The position numbers and the translations under genes were made by a program. A stretch of DNA of 64,000 bases from Abditibacterium sp. (lineage in GTDB: Bacteria; Armatimonadota; Abditibacteriia; Abditibacteriales; Abditibacteriaceae). How positions within the stretch are numbered: position 1 is the first letter of the stretch; the number at the start of each line of letters is the position of its first letter. Location: assembly GCA_965246885.1 (NCBI GenBank), contig OZ251992.1, forward strand, positions 448,001 through 512,000. Direction: 5' to 3'. Shown here one piece after another: positions 1-9,872 of this stretch. Under the pieces are notes generated by a model. It saw only the letters and a list, made by a program, of their open reading frames with translations, was not told where the DNA came from and made no database searches.

Positions 1-53
1 CACTTGGCATCCTCGTTTTGTTAGTGACCGAGCTACCGCGATAACCCCGCCTC

Positions 54-701
54 ATGGATAAAATCGAATTGCTTTCCGCCCTCGCCGACGAGATTCGCGT
101 CTGCCCATTGTGCCGTTTGGCCGAAACGCGTACACTCGCCGTTCCCGGCGAGGGCAACGGGACGGCGGAGATTATGTTCGTGGGCGAGGGGCCGGGCGAG
201 CAGGAAGACCAATCGGGGCGCCCGTTCGTCGGGCGGAGCGGGCAACTGCTGACGCAAGAACTGCTGAAAATCGGTATCCGACGCGAGCAGATTTTCATCA
301 CCAACATCGTCAAGTGCCGCCCGCCGGGAAACCGCGACCCGCTCCCCGATGAAATCGCCGCGTGCAACGACTGGCTCAGCGCCCAAATCGCGCTCATCGA
401 GCCGAAATTCATCGTCCCCGTCGGCGGGCCATCGCTCAAAACCCTCGTATCGCCCAAGCTCGGCATCACCAAAGCGCGCTCCAAGGTCTATCGGCGCGAC
501 GGCATCCTGTTCATCCCGATACTCCACCCCGCCGCCGCACTGCGAAGCCCCGCCACGATGGAGCAGTTTCTGGAGGACTTGGCGAATCTCAAAAACTTCC
601 TGTCGCGCGACATCACCGACGAGGAAATCACCCCGGTCGAAGACCCCAAACCCGCCGCCCCGTCGGTGGACGGGGACGGCGGGACACTGAGTTTGTTTTG
701 A
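54..701 (+). CDS. Uracil-DNA glycosylase, family 4
   Basis: CPLCRL Fe-S cysteines, GEGPG, GRPFVGRSG, KCRPPGNR and HPAA motifs. Confidence 0.93.
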   Translation: MDKIELLSALADEIRVCPLCRLAETRTLAVPGEGNGTAEIMFVGEGPGEQEDQSGRPFVGRSGQLLTQELLKIGIRREQIFITNIVKCRPPGNRDPLPDEIAACNDWLSAQIALIEPKFIVPVGGPSLKTLVSPKLGITKARSKVYRRDGILFIPILHPAAALRSPATMEQFLEDLANLKNFLSRDITDEEITPVEDPKPAAPSVDGDGGTLSLF

Positions 702-707
702 ACGATT

Positions 708-1550
708 ATGAAACGCTTTCTACCACTACTTGCGCTGGGGATTATACTGGGCCGCGAAGCGGCCTACGCGCAGGCCAAACCCCAAGAATCAACGCGCCGC
801 AAAGACCAAGTCCTCGACTTGCTCGCCCCATATCTGCAAGCCGACACGTTTCAGGGGACGCTCGACCTGACGGCTACGAGCGTTGAAGCGGGGCGCGAGG
901 TGCTGATCTTTCACGTCCAAACCCAAACGGCGTATCGCTCCGATGACGACGGAAACACGCAGCGCGAAGCGACGCGGGCAGTTGTGAACTACAAAATCGG
1001 TTCTCGCCCTGTCACCTACACCTACAAGGTGGTGGATACCGGGAAATCCCGAACTGCCGCAGTGATAGAGAAGAAGCTGTATGCGCCAGCCGCGCGCGAA
1101 CCGCGCTCGCCTGCCCTCGCGCTGCTGCTGCCCGCGATCATCAATGTGTCTCGCCTCGTTGAACAGGACGCGAAAGCGAGTTTCTCGGTTTCCGATGGAG
1201 TGCAAGATGGGCACGCCGTCAGCATCCTGCTGAGCCAAGGACAGACCGCCGACTTCAAACTGCGCGCCGTATCGGACGCCCACAGCCACGCGCTGGAATC
1301 GCTCCGCATTCAGAACAACGCGCACGTGGTCACGGTGCGGATTTCCAACCAAAAGTTCGATGAGCCACTGGCCGAGTCGCTGTTCGGATGGAAGCCGCCA
1401 AGCGACTACCGCCGCACAACGCAGCGCGAGTTGGAAAGGTGGCTGCTTCCGCCCGCTCTCTCCGCGCCCAGAGTGCCTACGGCTCCGAAAGTGGTGCCTG
1501 CAGCGAGTTTTCGCACGGGAGAGAGCGGTGCGGCGCTCTCCCTCTTTTAG
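708..1550 (+). CDS. Secreted protein, possibly LolA/DUF2092-like fold
   Basis: Signal peptide (AAYA|Q); C-terminal 'NQKFDEPLAESLFGWKPP' resembles the LolA-like F.F.PP ending. Confidence 0.5.
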   Translation: MKRFLPLLALGIILGREAAYAQAKPQESTRRKDQVLDLLAPYLQADTFQGTLDLTATSVEAGREVLIFHVQTQTAYRSDDDGNTQREATRAVVNYKIGSRPVTYTYKVVDTGKSRTAAVIEKKLYAPAAREPRSPALALLLPAIINVSRLVEQDAKASFSVSDGVQDGHAVSILLSQGQTADFKLRAVSDAHSHALESLRIQNNAHVVTVRISNQKFDEPLAESLFGWKPPSDYRRTTQRELERWLLPPALSAPRVPTAPKVVPAASFRTGESGAALSLF

Positions 1551-1558
1551 CTGCCTAC

Positions 1559-1638
1559 TGGCCCGCAGATGAACACGGACAACCCCAGATAAACATCTGC
1601 GTTCCATCCGCGCCCTCTCTGTGTCCATGTGTGGGCCA
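1559..1638. repeat. Imperfect hairpin built of CRCAGATGAA-like decamers
   Basis: tggcccgcagatgaacacgga (1559-1579) pairs with 1618-1638 at 17/21 positions. Confidence 0.5.
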
Positions 1639-1762
1639 AAAAGAAAGCGGAAACAGTTGGCGGCTCAGGCGTCTTAGACCGCACAAAACCAGTTTTTTCG
1701 CCGCGCGACGACCACTCGCCGTGCGGCTCTTTTTTGTCAACTTCAAGGACAACACACCAACA

Positions 1763-3424
1763 ATGAAAGACCGAATCAAAATTATCCCGCTTGGCGGGGC
1801 CGCCGAAATCGGCAAGAACATGATGCTCTATGAATACGACGACAAAATCCTCATCGTGGATTGCGGCGTCATGTTCCCCGACGAGGAACACCCCGGCGTC
1901 GACCTCATCATCCCCGACTTTTCGTATCTCAAAGAGAACCGTAAGAAAATCGTCGGGCTGTGCCTGACGCACGGGCACGAAGACCACGTCGGGGCGATGG
2001 GCTACTTCCTCGCCGAGTTCCCCGAAGTCAAAATCTACGGCTCGCCCTTGACGCTGGGCATCATGGGCATCCGCCTCCGTGAGGCGCCCGTTGACCCGAA
2101 GGACATCAAGACGCAAATCGTGCAACCGGGCGAAGCCGTGCAAGTCGGGCCGTTCAACGTCGAATGGATTCGCGTGTCGCACTCCATTCCCGATTCGTGC
2201 GGCTTTGCCATCTCGACCGAGATTGGTACCGTCGTCCAGTCGGGCGATTTCAAGTGGGATCAAAACCCAATTGACGGCAAAGCGCCGATGATCTCGCGCT
2301 TCGCCCACTACGGCGAGCAGGGCGTCTTGGCGCTCTTGTCCGACACCACCAACGCCACGCGCTCCGGCTCGTGCGAGAGTGAAAGCACCGTGCGCCCCGC
2401 GTTGGAGCGCATCTTCGCTGACGCTCCGGGTCGCGTGTTCGTCGCGTCGTTCGGCTCGAACGTCCACCGCGTTCAGCAAGTCCTCGACATAGCGCACCTT
2501 TACGGGCGCCGCGTCGCGTATACGGGCCGCTCGATGCTGCAAATCTGCGCCGTCGCCACCGAGTTGGGCTACCTCAAGCCGCCCACGCCGGTCATTGACA
2601 TCGAAGAGATAGACGACTACGCCGACGACAAGCTGTGCATCGTGATGACGGGTTCGCAAGGCGAACCGATGGCGGCTCTAAGCAAAATCGCGCGCGGCAA
2701 CAACCGCTTCGTGACGCTGCGCGAAAACGACACGGTCGTTCTCAGTTCCAGCCCGATTCCCGGCAACGAGGGCGCCATTTACAAGGTCATCAACAACTTG
2801 TGCATGGCGGGCGCGCATGTTTTCCGCGCGCCGCACGACCACGTCCACGTTTCGGGACACGGCAACCGCGAGGATTTGAAGCTGATGCTTAACCTCACCA
2901 AGCCCAAATACGCCATTCCCTATCACGGCGAACCGCGCCACGCCCTCGCCTACGCCGACCTGTGCGAGGAGATGGGTTACTCGCGCGAGCAAATCCCGTT
3001 CATGCAAATCGGCGACGTCGTCGAAGTCAGTCCGCAAGGCATCTCGATGACCGACCAAGTCACGGCGGGCGAAGTGTTGGTGGACGGCCTCACCATCGGC
3101 GATGTCGGCTATTCCGTCCTACGCGACCGCAAGCACTTGAGCGACGATGGCGTCGTCGTCGCCAGCGTGATTATCGCCAAAAAGACCGGCGCCATCCTGA
3201 GCGGCCCCGACCTGACGCAGCGCGGCTTCTTGCACCAGCCCAACAACGAGGAGTTCCTCAAGGGCGCGGGCCAAAAAGTCGTGGACAAAATGCGCGGCAT
3301 CAAAGGCGGCGCGGGCGGCGACCTCAACGGCCTGTCCCGCCTCATCCGCGAAACCCTGAGCGACCACTTCTGGGTGCAACTCAAGCGCCGCCCCATGATC
3401 CTGCCCGTCGTGATGGAGGTTTGA
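1763..3424 (+). CDS. rnj: Ribonuclease J
   Basis: PLGGAAEIGKNM, THGHEDH, GSQGEP and HVSGH motifs; ATG at 1763 follows AAGGA. Confidence 0.96.
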   Translation: MKDRIKIIPLGGAAEIGKNMMLYEYDDKILIVDCGVMFPDEEHPGVDLIIPDFSYLKENRKKIVGLCLTHGHEDHVGAMGYFLAEFPEVKIYGSPLTLGIMGIRLREAPVDPKDIKTQIVQPGEAVQVGPFNVEWIRVSHSIPDSCGFAISTEIGTVVQSGDFKWDQNPIDGKAPMISRFAHYGEQGVLALLSDTTNATRSGSCESESTVRPALERIFADAPGRVFVASFGSNVHRVQQVLDIAHLYGRRVAYTGRSMLQICAVATELGYLKPPTPVIDIEEIDDYADDKLCIVMTGSQGEPMAALSKIARGNNRFVTLRENDTVVLSSSPIPGNEGAIYKVINNLCMAGAHVFRAPHDHVHVSGHGNREDLKLMLNLTKPKYAIPYHGEPRHALAYADLCEEMGYSREQIPFMQIGDVVEVSPQGISMTDQVTAGEVLVDGLTIGDVGYSVLRDRKHLSDDGVVVASVIIAKKTGAILSGPDLTQRGFLHQPNNEEFLKGAGQKVVDKMRGIKGGAGGDLNGLSRLIRETLSDHFWVQLKRRPMILPVVMEV

Positions 3425-3429
3425 GCCAG

Positions 3430-3460
3430 AAAAGCCCGCCCCGAAAGGGGCGGGCTTTTT
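3430..3460 (+). terminator. Intrinsic terminator after rnj
   Basis: aaaagcccgcccc-gaaa-ggggcgggcttttt. Confidence 0.9.
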
Positions 3461-3499
3461 GCGCATCAAGGCGTCAAGGGGTATGATTATCTCGGTGCC

Positions 3500-4465
3500 A
3501 TGAAACGCAAACTCTTCTTCGCGGGCGTGCTGCTTGTGCCGGTGGTGGGGATGTTCCTCGCCGCGCGTGCGGCGGCGAGTTGGCGCCCTGTTCGCGCTGC
3601 CGTCGCGCCGGGCGCCTACACCCTGCGCGCTCTGCCGCACGATTGGTTGGAGACGCGGTCGGATTGGGGTGTCCGATTGATGCGCGGCGACCAAACCTTC
3701 GTTGCGAAGACTTATCATGGCTATGCCGCCGTCTCGCCTGACGATACGCTCGTGGCCCTTTTTGATTCGGGGCAACATGATTGGGGAAGCTCAATTACCT
3801 TCAGCCAGCCCTCGCTGCGTGTGGCGAATATCGCTGATGGGCAAACGCGGCGCGTCTGGCGTAGTTTGCCTTTTCGTCAGGGCGAGGAAATAGAAGATGG
3901 ACGGTTCGAGCAAAGCGGGCGTGTGCTGGCCGTTGCCACGTTCTTTCGCGTCTTGCGCTTGGATGTCTCGACGGGGAAGATGCTCTCCAACGTCCCGATG
4001 CGCTTCCAAAACACGCCCGCCGAAGGGTGTGGCATGATGAGCGGCGTCTCGTTCTTAAAGAACGGCGACCTTTACTACCTCAACGGCGATGCGGGGCTGG
4101 TCGTGGACGGGCGAACGGGAGTGCCCAAGCGCAAAGCGGACATGGGCACCGTTTCGCCCGATGAGTCGTTGGTGTTCTTTACATACGATCCCCAAGCGCT
4201 TGGGATGTGGGTCGGCGACTTCCACACCGGCAAACAACTCTGGAAGGAAGACACGGCAACCGAGGGCGACGCCAGCATCTCGCCCGACAGCCGCACTTTT
4301 TTAGTCGTCCGCCAAGGCAAGACCTTTTTGGTTGACGCCCGCACCGGGAAGGTGCAACGCGAACTCAAACTCCCCGTCGCCAAAAGCTACGCCTTCGCGC
4401 CCGACGGCAACGCCATCTACGCCCTGCGCGAAGACGGGAGCATCTTCCGGTGCCGGTTGAAGTGA
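3500..4465 (+). CDS. Exported WD40/PQQ-like beta-propeller protein
   Basis: N-terminal hydrophobic segment; repeated SPD/APDG and DxxTGK blade motifs. Confidence 0.7.
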   Translation: MKRKLFFAGVLLVPVVGMFLAARAAASWRPVRAAVAPGAYTLRALPHDWLETRSDWGVRLMRGDQTFVAKTYHGYAAVSPDDTLVALFDSGQHDWGSSITFSQPSLRVANIADGQTRRVWRSLPFRQGEEIEDGRFEQSGRVLAVATFFRVLRLDVSTGKMLSNVPMRFQNTPAEGCGMMSGVSFLKNGDLYYLNGDAGLVVDGRTGVPKRKADMGTVSPDESLVFFTYDPQALGMWVGDFHTGKQLWKEDTATEGDASISPDSRTFLVVRQGKTFLVDARTGKVQRELKLPVAKSYAFAPDGNAIYALREDGSIFRCRLK

Positions 4466-4468
4466 ACC

Positions 4469-5356
4469 TCACCCGTTCGCCGGGTTGAAGGGCGAATAGG
4501 CGCCGAACCCCCAGCGCATCGGGGTGAAGTGGGGCGACCAAAGGGCGCGGCGAAGGGTGAATCGAACTGTGCGGTCGGTGCCATGCCAGACGGTGCGGGC
4601 TTCGCCGCTCAGTTGGAGCAGGGCGCCGGACGCGAAATCGAGAAAGGCGAGGCCCGCGCGCGGGTCGAGTTCAAGGTTGCCCAGCGTTTGGAACATGGCG
4701 TTGCCGGGGAAGTCGCGCCACACGAGCGTGCGGTCGTCCCCGGCGCGGACAAAGCCGGGGTTGCCGCCCCGGTGGGAGCAGTCGGCGCCGTTTCCGGGGG
4801 AGGCGGTGGCGATGAAAAAGGTGTCGGCGCGCGCGACAAAGAGTGCCGCCGCCTCGTCCAAGACGTCGCTTTCGATGGGCGCGACGGCGACGACGGGAGC
4901 GGCGACGGGCAAAACGTGGCGCTCTTGGATGTATTTCGGGCAGTTGGAATACACCTGCTCGCCCACGATTTCTACGATGTCGCCGCTCCGATGGCCCATT
5001 CCGTTGGCGCGCAAGCGGCGGCGCGTGGAAAGGTCAAGGGCAATCAGGCCAACGGGCGCGGCGCCGTTTCCAAGTGCGCGCCAGAGCGGATCGGCGTCCA
5101 AAGGCGCCGCGAGACGGACGGCATCAAGACGCAAACTGTTCCCGACGACGCTCATAAACCCCTCGCCCGCGAGGGGCGTCGTCCACAACGCGCCGGTTTC
5201 GTCGGCGCCGCCCAAAAAAGCGAGCGACTGCTGGCGTACAAAGTCGCGCGCCGCGTCGGGCCATAGGTCGCGGATACCCTGTCCGACGCGCGCGGCCATG
5301 TCGCGCATGCCCGCGCGCTCTTGAACGGCGAGTTCGCCGGGGTGGAAAGGGTTCAT
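4469..5356 (-). CDS. Pyridoxamine 5'-phosphate oxidase-like FMN-binding protein
   Basis: FHPGELAVQERAG, NCPKYIQER, DCSHRGGNPGF and GNAMFQTLGNL motifs. Confidence 0.88.
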   Translation of the reverse strand: MNPFHPGELAVQERAGMRDMAARVGQGIRDLWPDAARDFVRQQSLAFLGGADETGALWTTPLAGEGFMSVVGNSLRLDAVRLAAPLDADPLWRALGNGAAPVGLIALDLSTRRRLRANGMGHRSGDIVEIVGEQVYSNCPKYIQERHVLPVAAPVVAVAPIESDVLDEAAALFVARADTFFIATASPGNGADCSHRGGNPGFVRAGDDRTLVWRDFPGNAMFQTLGNLELDPRAGLAFLDFASGALLQLSGEARTVWHGTDRTVRFTLRRALWSPHFTPMRWGFGAYSPFNPANG

Positions 5357-5362
5357 AATTCC

Positions 5363-5800
5363 CTAAAAGAAGCCGCACGACGGCGCGGCGCCACTGGGCG
5401 CGTCCGCTTCGTCCGCGCCGGAGGGGGCGTAGATTTCCAAGCGGATGCCGTCGGGGTCGCGGAAAAAGATGCCGCCGCTTTGCATCCCTTCGGCGTGCGG
5501 AACGACGCCTTGATACAAGAACTCCGCGCCCAGTTCGCGCACGCGGGTCTCGGCAGTGCGCACGTCTTCGATGCTTCCCACCTCAAACGAGAGGTGGTGC
5601 AGGCCGGGAGTCGCGCCATCGAAGCGCCCCTTACCCTGTTGCCAGAGCGTCACATAAAGGGTGCCGCCCTCGCCCAGAAAAGCGAACTGCTTGCCCGCTT
5701 CAGCCGATTCGCCCATCACGCTCAGGCCGAAGGCCTGAGTGTAGAACTCTTTGGAGCGCGCGATGTCGCTCACGTTGATGCCGATGTGTCCTGTTTTCAT
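5363..5800 (-). CDS. VOC/glyoxalase family protein
   Basis: GHIGINVSD, GLHHLSF and FFRDPDGIRLE motifs. Confidence 0.9.
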   Translation of the reverse strand: MKTGHIGINVSDIARSKEFYTQAFGLSVMGESAEAGKQFAFLGEGGTLYVTLWQQGKGRFDGATPGLHHLSFEVGSIEDVRTAETRVRELGAEFLYQGVVPHAEGMQSGGIFFRDPDGIRLEIYAPSGADEADAPSGAAPSCGFF

Positions 5801-5812
5801 AGTGTATTTTCC

Positions 5813-6295
5813 TTAGCGCGACGGGCGAGGGCTATCCCACCAGTCGGCGTCGTTCCACTCGCGCGGCGCGGCGTCATCGCGCAGCAGCCGCTCCGCTTCG
5901 TCAATGGGAAGGTCGTTGATGCTGGCTTCGCGGCGGCGCATCAGGCCCGACGAATCGAACTCCCACAGTTCGTTGCCATGCGAGCGGTGCCACCCGCCTG
6001 CCGCGCCCTGCCACTCATAAAAGAAGCGCACCGCCATGCGGTTTTCGCGGAACCCCCACAGTTGCTTGACCAAGCGGTAATCGAGTTCGCACCTCCACTT
6101 GCGCGTCAGGAAGGCAAGGATGGCGGCGCGGCCCGCGAAGAACTCGTCGCGGTTGCGCCACTGGCTGTCGAGCGTGTAGGCCGAAGCCACTCGCTCCGGG
6201 TCGCGCGTGTTCCAAGCGTCCTGCGCCAATCGCACTTTCTGGCGCGCGGTTTCTATGGTGAATGGTGGCAACGGCGGGCGGGTTTCGGGCGTCAT
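5813..6295 (-). CDS. DUF1348 / NTF2-like (SnoaL-like) protein
   Basis: RPPLPPFT...[13 protein letters not shown] and [11 protein letters not shown] motifs. Confidence 0.92.
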   Translation of the reverse strand: MTPETRPPLPPFTIETARQKVRLAQDAWNTRDPERVASAYTLDSQWRNRDEFFAGRAAILAFLTRKWRCELDYRLVKQLWGFRENRMAVRFFYEWQGAAGGWHRSHGNELWEFDSSGLMRRREASINDLPIDEAERLLRDDAAPREWNDADWWDSPRPSR

Positions 6296-6321
6296 GTCTG
6301 ACCTCCTATCGGGCGGTTAAG

Positions 6322-6350
6322 AGGTTAGCGACTTCTTTCTAACCCGTCAA
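6322..6350 (-). promoter_or_regulatory. Sigma70-type promoter of the DUF1348 operon with an overlapping inverted repeat
   Basis: Minus strand TTGACG-N17-TAACCT; GGTTAG-N10-CTAACC at 6323-6344. Confidence 0.55.
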
Positions 6351-6361
6351 GAGGCGCCTCG

Positions 6362-6949
6362 GTGGTTATGAAGGATTTTCTTTGGATGGGCGCGCGGCTC
6401 TGGCTCGACGCGGTGAATACCGAGTGGGTCGAGGGCGACGAGCGCGTCGAAGGCTGGCCCGACGCGGTGGGTTTGGGCGCGTGGTTGCGACAAGCGGGCG
6501 ATCTGTATGAGGAAGCGGGAGCGCTGCGCGACTTCGCCCTCGCGGACGAGGCGCTCCTGCGCGATATGAAGCGGTTGCGCACGACACTACGCGCGGTTTG
6601 TGAGGCGGCGCACGCGACGGGCGCACTTGCGCCCCCAATGTTGGAAGAGATCAACGCGGCCTTGCGGCATCGCGGGGTCGTTACTCGCCTCGAAGCGGGC
6701 GCGAACGGCTGGCGCGAGCGGGAGTTGCCAAGCGGCGAAATGACGGACGCGCCTTATCTGCTCGCGCGCTCAGCCGCGCGGTCGCTGAGCCGGGGGGAGT
6801 TGGCGCGGCTGCGACCGTGTGCCAACCCCAACTGTATCCTGTGGTTCATGGACACGAGCAAGAACGGCACGCGGCGCTGGTGTTCAATGGAAGGGTGCGG
6901 CAACCGCGCCAAGGTCGCGGCGCACTTCGCGCGCAAGCGAGCGAAGTAA
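6362..6949 (+). CDS. CGNR zinc finger / ABATE domain regulator
   Basis: LDAVNT and CANPNC...DTSKNGTRRWCSMEGCGNRAKV. Confidence 0.93.
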   Translation: MVMKDFLWMGARLWLDAVNTEWVEGDERVEGWPDAVGLGAWLRQAGDLYEEAGALRDFALADEALLRDMKRLRTTLRAVCEAAHATGALAPPMLEEINAALRHRGVVTRLEAGANGWRERELPSGEMTDAPYLLARSAARSLSRGELARLRPCANPNCILWFMDTSKNGTRRWCSMEGCGNRAKVAAHFARKRAK

Positions 6950-7050
6950 GGCGCGGCCAAATTGGTTCACGTCCCAACTTACACTGTGCGCGTCTCGTTA
7001 TGTCTTCGCCGCGCCGATTGCCGGGCCGTCTACGCAGCGCGCTCCTTTTT

Positions 7051-8412
7051 ATGAAACGCCACCCGCTTCTGGCTTTGGTTCTGCTCGCCGCTTCGGTGGG
7101 CGCGGCTTTGTCGCTCCACGCTCAAAACCGCGACCCGCTCGCCGGCGACCGGCCCACCGGCCCCGTCAAACCCGCGCCGCTCGAACCCGACAAGGGCGTC
7201 TACCTTGGCGCCGCGCTCGATTCGTCGCAACTCAAGGGCGAAGCCTACGCCGCTTTGGTCGCGCAGATGACCGACTTTGGACACCTCGCTGGCCGCAAGC
7301 AGGCGCTGTACGTCCACTTTCTCCAGTTTCCCAACGACGCGGGCACCTTTGGAACGTGGGATCGGGACGCTAACGGTTGGATTTCCGCCGCGACCTTTTC
7401 AAGTGCCTGCGACCGTGTCGGCGCAACGCCCCTCCTCACCTTGGAACCCATGCGCCCGCGCACCCTGCTCGACTGGCGCGCAGGCTCGCCCGCTTTTGAG
7501 GCCGCTAAAGCCTTCGCCCAAGGCGCCGGAAAGTGGAACAAGCCGCTCTTTATCCGCTTTGGCCACGAGATGAACGGCAGTTGGTACCCTTGGGGCGAGT
7601 GGATAGACAAGAACGAGAACCAAGTGTTCGACCCCGACGAAGCGACCAACTTTTCCGGCGCCAACTACATCCAAGCGTATCGCAACGTCGCTTCCATGTT
7701 CCGGCGCTACGCGCCCAAAGCCGTGCTCGTATGGTGCCCCAACTCCGGCTTGGTCGGCGGCGGGCGACGCGACCCCTTCCGGCGCTGGTATCCCGGCGAC
7801 GACGTCGTGGACTGGGTGGGCCTCGATGTCTACGAGCGCGGCTTCTTCTTGCCCGCCGCCAACGGGCACTTGTGGGGCGGCCAGTTCGCTTATAACCTCA
7901 CCCACGACGCCGCCGACGACCCCCAAACCCCCGAAAACGAAAGCGTCGGCTTTTACAACATCTACGCGAACATCAAGCGCAAGCCCATCCTTATCTGCGA
8001 AACCGCCGCCACCCAGTCCTTCCGCACCGACCTTTCCCTTCAAGAGCGCCAAAAGATGACGCGCGACTGGAAGATCGGCTACTGGAACGCCAACGAATAC
8101 GGCTGGATGCAGAACGTTTATGGCACCAGCACCTCCCCCGGCCAAAAGTTCCTGCACCCCATAGACGCGGAGTTCCCCATGATTAAGGGCGTCGTGTGGT
8201 TTCAAATCGCCAAGCGCGAAGACGTTTCGGGCCGTGTCCCCGGCCAACCCACCACCAAGTTCAAGGACGCATGGCTCGATTACCGCGTCGGCGGTGGCGT
8301 CTCGCCCGACGACCGGGGTTTAAGCGGTCAACAAGAGATAGACGTGTTCCGCTCCCTGACCGGCAACTCCTACTTCCTGAGCGATGTGCAACCCAACCAC
8401 CTGCCGCGCTAA
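7051..8412 (+). CDS. Secreted glycoside hydrolase family 26
   Basis: Signal peptide; RFGHEMNGSWYPW, WYPGDDVVDWVGLDVY and ICETA motifs. Confidence 0.85.
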   Translation: MKRHPLLALVLLAASVGAALSLHAQNRDPLAGDRPTGPVKPAPLEPDKGVYLGAALDSSQLKGEAYAALVAQMTDFGHLAGRKQALYVHFLQFPNDAGTFGTWDRDANGWISAATFSSACDRVGATPLLTLEPMRPRTLLDWRAGSPAFEAAKAFAQGAGKWNKPLFIRFGHEMNGSWYPWGEWIDKNENQVFDPDEATNFSGANYIQAYRNVASMFRRYAPKAVLVWCPNSGLVGGGRRDPFRRWYPGDDVVDWVGLDVYERGFFLPAANGHLWGGQFAYNLTHDAADDPQTPENESVGFYNIYANIKRKPILICETAATQSFRTDLSLQERQKMTRDWKIGYWNANEYGWMQNVYGTSTSPGQKFLHPIDAEFPMIKGVVWFQIAKREDVSGRVPGQPTTKFKDAWLDYRVGGGVSPDDRGLSGQQEIDVFRSLTGNSYFLSDVQPNHLPR

Positions 8413-8439
8413 AGCCCATACTTTCCCGCGCACTTTCTC

Positions 8440-9855
8440 ATGGACTTCCAATCGCTTTCCTCTTCCTTCGAGGCCGCCGGACAAGGGCAGGTTTTCGCGT
8501 TCTTCGACCAGCTTTCCGCCCAAGAGCAGCAAGAGTTGCTCGCCCAAGCCGCCGAAATAGATTTGGGGGAAGTCGAGACGCTATGCGCGACGCTGCTCGG
8601 CGACCACAAAACGGCGGCGCGCTTTGACGACCTCGAACCTGCGCCCTTCGTGCCGCTCCCGCAACACGGCGGCGACGCCGAAAAGTGGCGGGAAGCACGC
8701 GAAACCGGCGAAGCGGCACTTCGCGCGGGGCGCGTGGCGGCCTTCACCGTCGCGGGCGGGCAAGGCACGCGCTTGGGTTACGATGGGCCAAAGGGCACTT
8801 TCCCGGTCACGCCCGTGCGCGGTTTGTCGCTGTTCGCCGTCTTCGCCGCCAAGATAGAAGCCGCCGGAAAGTTGTATGGCCGCCCGATTCACTGGTTCGT
8901 CATGACCTCGAACCAAAACCACGACGCGACCGAAAGCTTCTTCGCGGAGCACGATCACTTCGGTTTGGCGCCGGAAACCGTCCACTTCTTCAAGCAGGGT
9001 CGCATGCCTGCCGTTGACTTCAATGGCAAAATACTGCTCGAAGACAAAGGCCACATCGCGCTGTCCCCCGATGGTCACGGCGGCTCCTTGCGCGCCCTTG
9101 AACGCTCCGGCTCGCTCGACATCATGCGCCGCGAAGGAATAGACACCATCTCCTATTTTCAGGTGGATAATCCGCTTGTTCGCGCCATTGACGCCGATTT
9201 CGTCGGCTGGCACCTCGTTTCCGAATCGGGAATGTCCAGCAAGATGATCCCCAAAGCCTACGCAGGCGAGAAAGTCGGCCATTTCTGCTCCCGCAGTGGC
9301 CGTCTGGAGGTCGTCGAATACTCCGATTTGCCCGTTTCCATGCAAGAGCAGACCGACGAGCGCGGCGAACTGCGCTTTCGCGCCGGAAGCATCGCCATCC
9401 ATATCCTTGACCGCGAGTTCGTCGCGCGCATGGGGAAGCAGTCCTCCTTGCCCTTCCACCGCGCCGACAAAAAGATACCTACCGTTGATGCGCAGGGCAA
9501 CGCCGTCAAACCGGACAAGCCCAACGGAGTCAAGTTCGAGACCTTCGTCTTCGACGCCCTGCCCCTTGCCCGCCACCCCGTCGTGATTGAAACCCTGCGC
9601 GAGGACGACTTCTCCCCCGTCAAGAACGCCGAGGGTGTGGACTCGCCCCAGACCTGCCGCGACGACCAACTGCGGCAGTGGGCGCGCTGGCTGGCGTCTG
9701 TGGGCGTGGAAGTTCCGCTTGACGAACGCGGCGTGCCGACGGTCAACTTCGAGGTGTCCCCACGCTTTGGCTTCGATGCCGCGACCTTTTCTTCGTCGTG
9801 GAGCGCGCTTGTACTCCACCCGTCCATCGAAGATGGACGGGTATTGGACGTATGA
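8440..9855 (+). CDS. UDP-N-acetylglucosamine/UDP-sugar pyrophosphorylase (UAP/UDPGP type)
   Basis: AGGQGTRLG, PKG, PDGHGG, VDNPL, EYSD, KFETFVFD and FSPVKN motifs. Confidence 0.9.
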   Translation: MDFQSLSSSFEAAGQGQVFAFFDQLSAQEQQELLAQAAEIDLGEVETLCATLLGDHKTAARFDDLEPAPFVPLPQHGGDAEKWREARETGEAALRAGRVAAFTVAGGQGTRLGYDGPKGTFPVTPVRGLSLFAVFAAKIEAAGKLYGRPIHWFVMTSNQNHDATESFFAEHDHFGLAPETVHFFKQGRMPAVDFNGKILLEDKGHIALSPDGHGGSLRALERSGSLDIMRREGIDTISYFQVDNPLVRAIDADFVGWHLVSESGMSSKMIPKAYAGEKVGHFCSRSGRLEVVEYSDLPVSMQEQTDERGELRFRAGSIAIHILDREFVARMGKQSSLPFHRADKKIPTVDAQGNAVKPDKPNGVKFETFVFDALPLARHPVVIETLREDDFSPVKNAEGVDSPQTCRDDQLRQWARWLASVGVEVPLDERGVPTVNFEVSPRFGFDAATFSSSWSALVLHPSIEDGRVLDV

Positions 9856-9872
9856 CGATCGCGCTCCGCGCC

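Noticed and set aside
1530..1550. Second gene also ends in LSLF, like the adjacent UDG
   Set aside because: The protein is secreted so clamp binding is implausible, and the codons differ; likely coincidence
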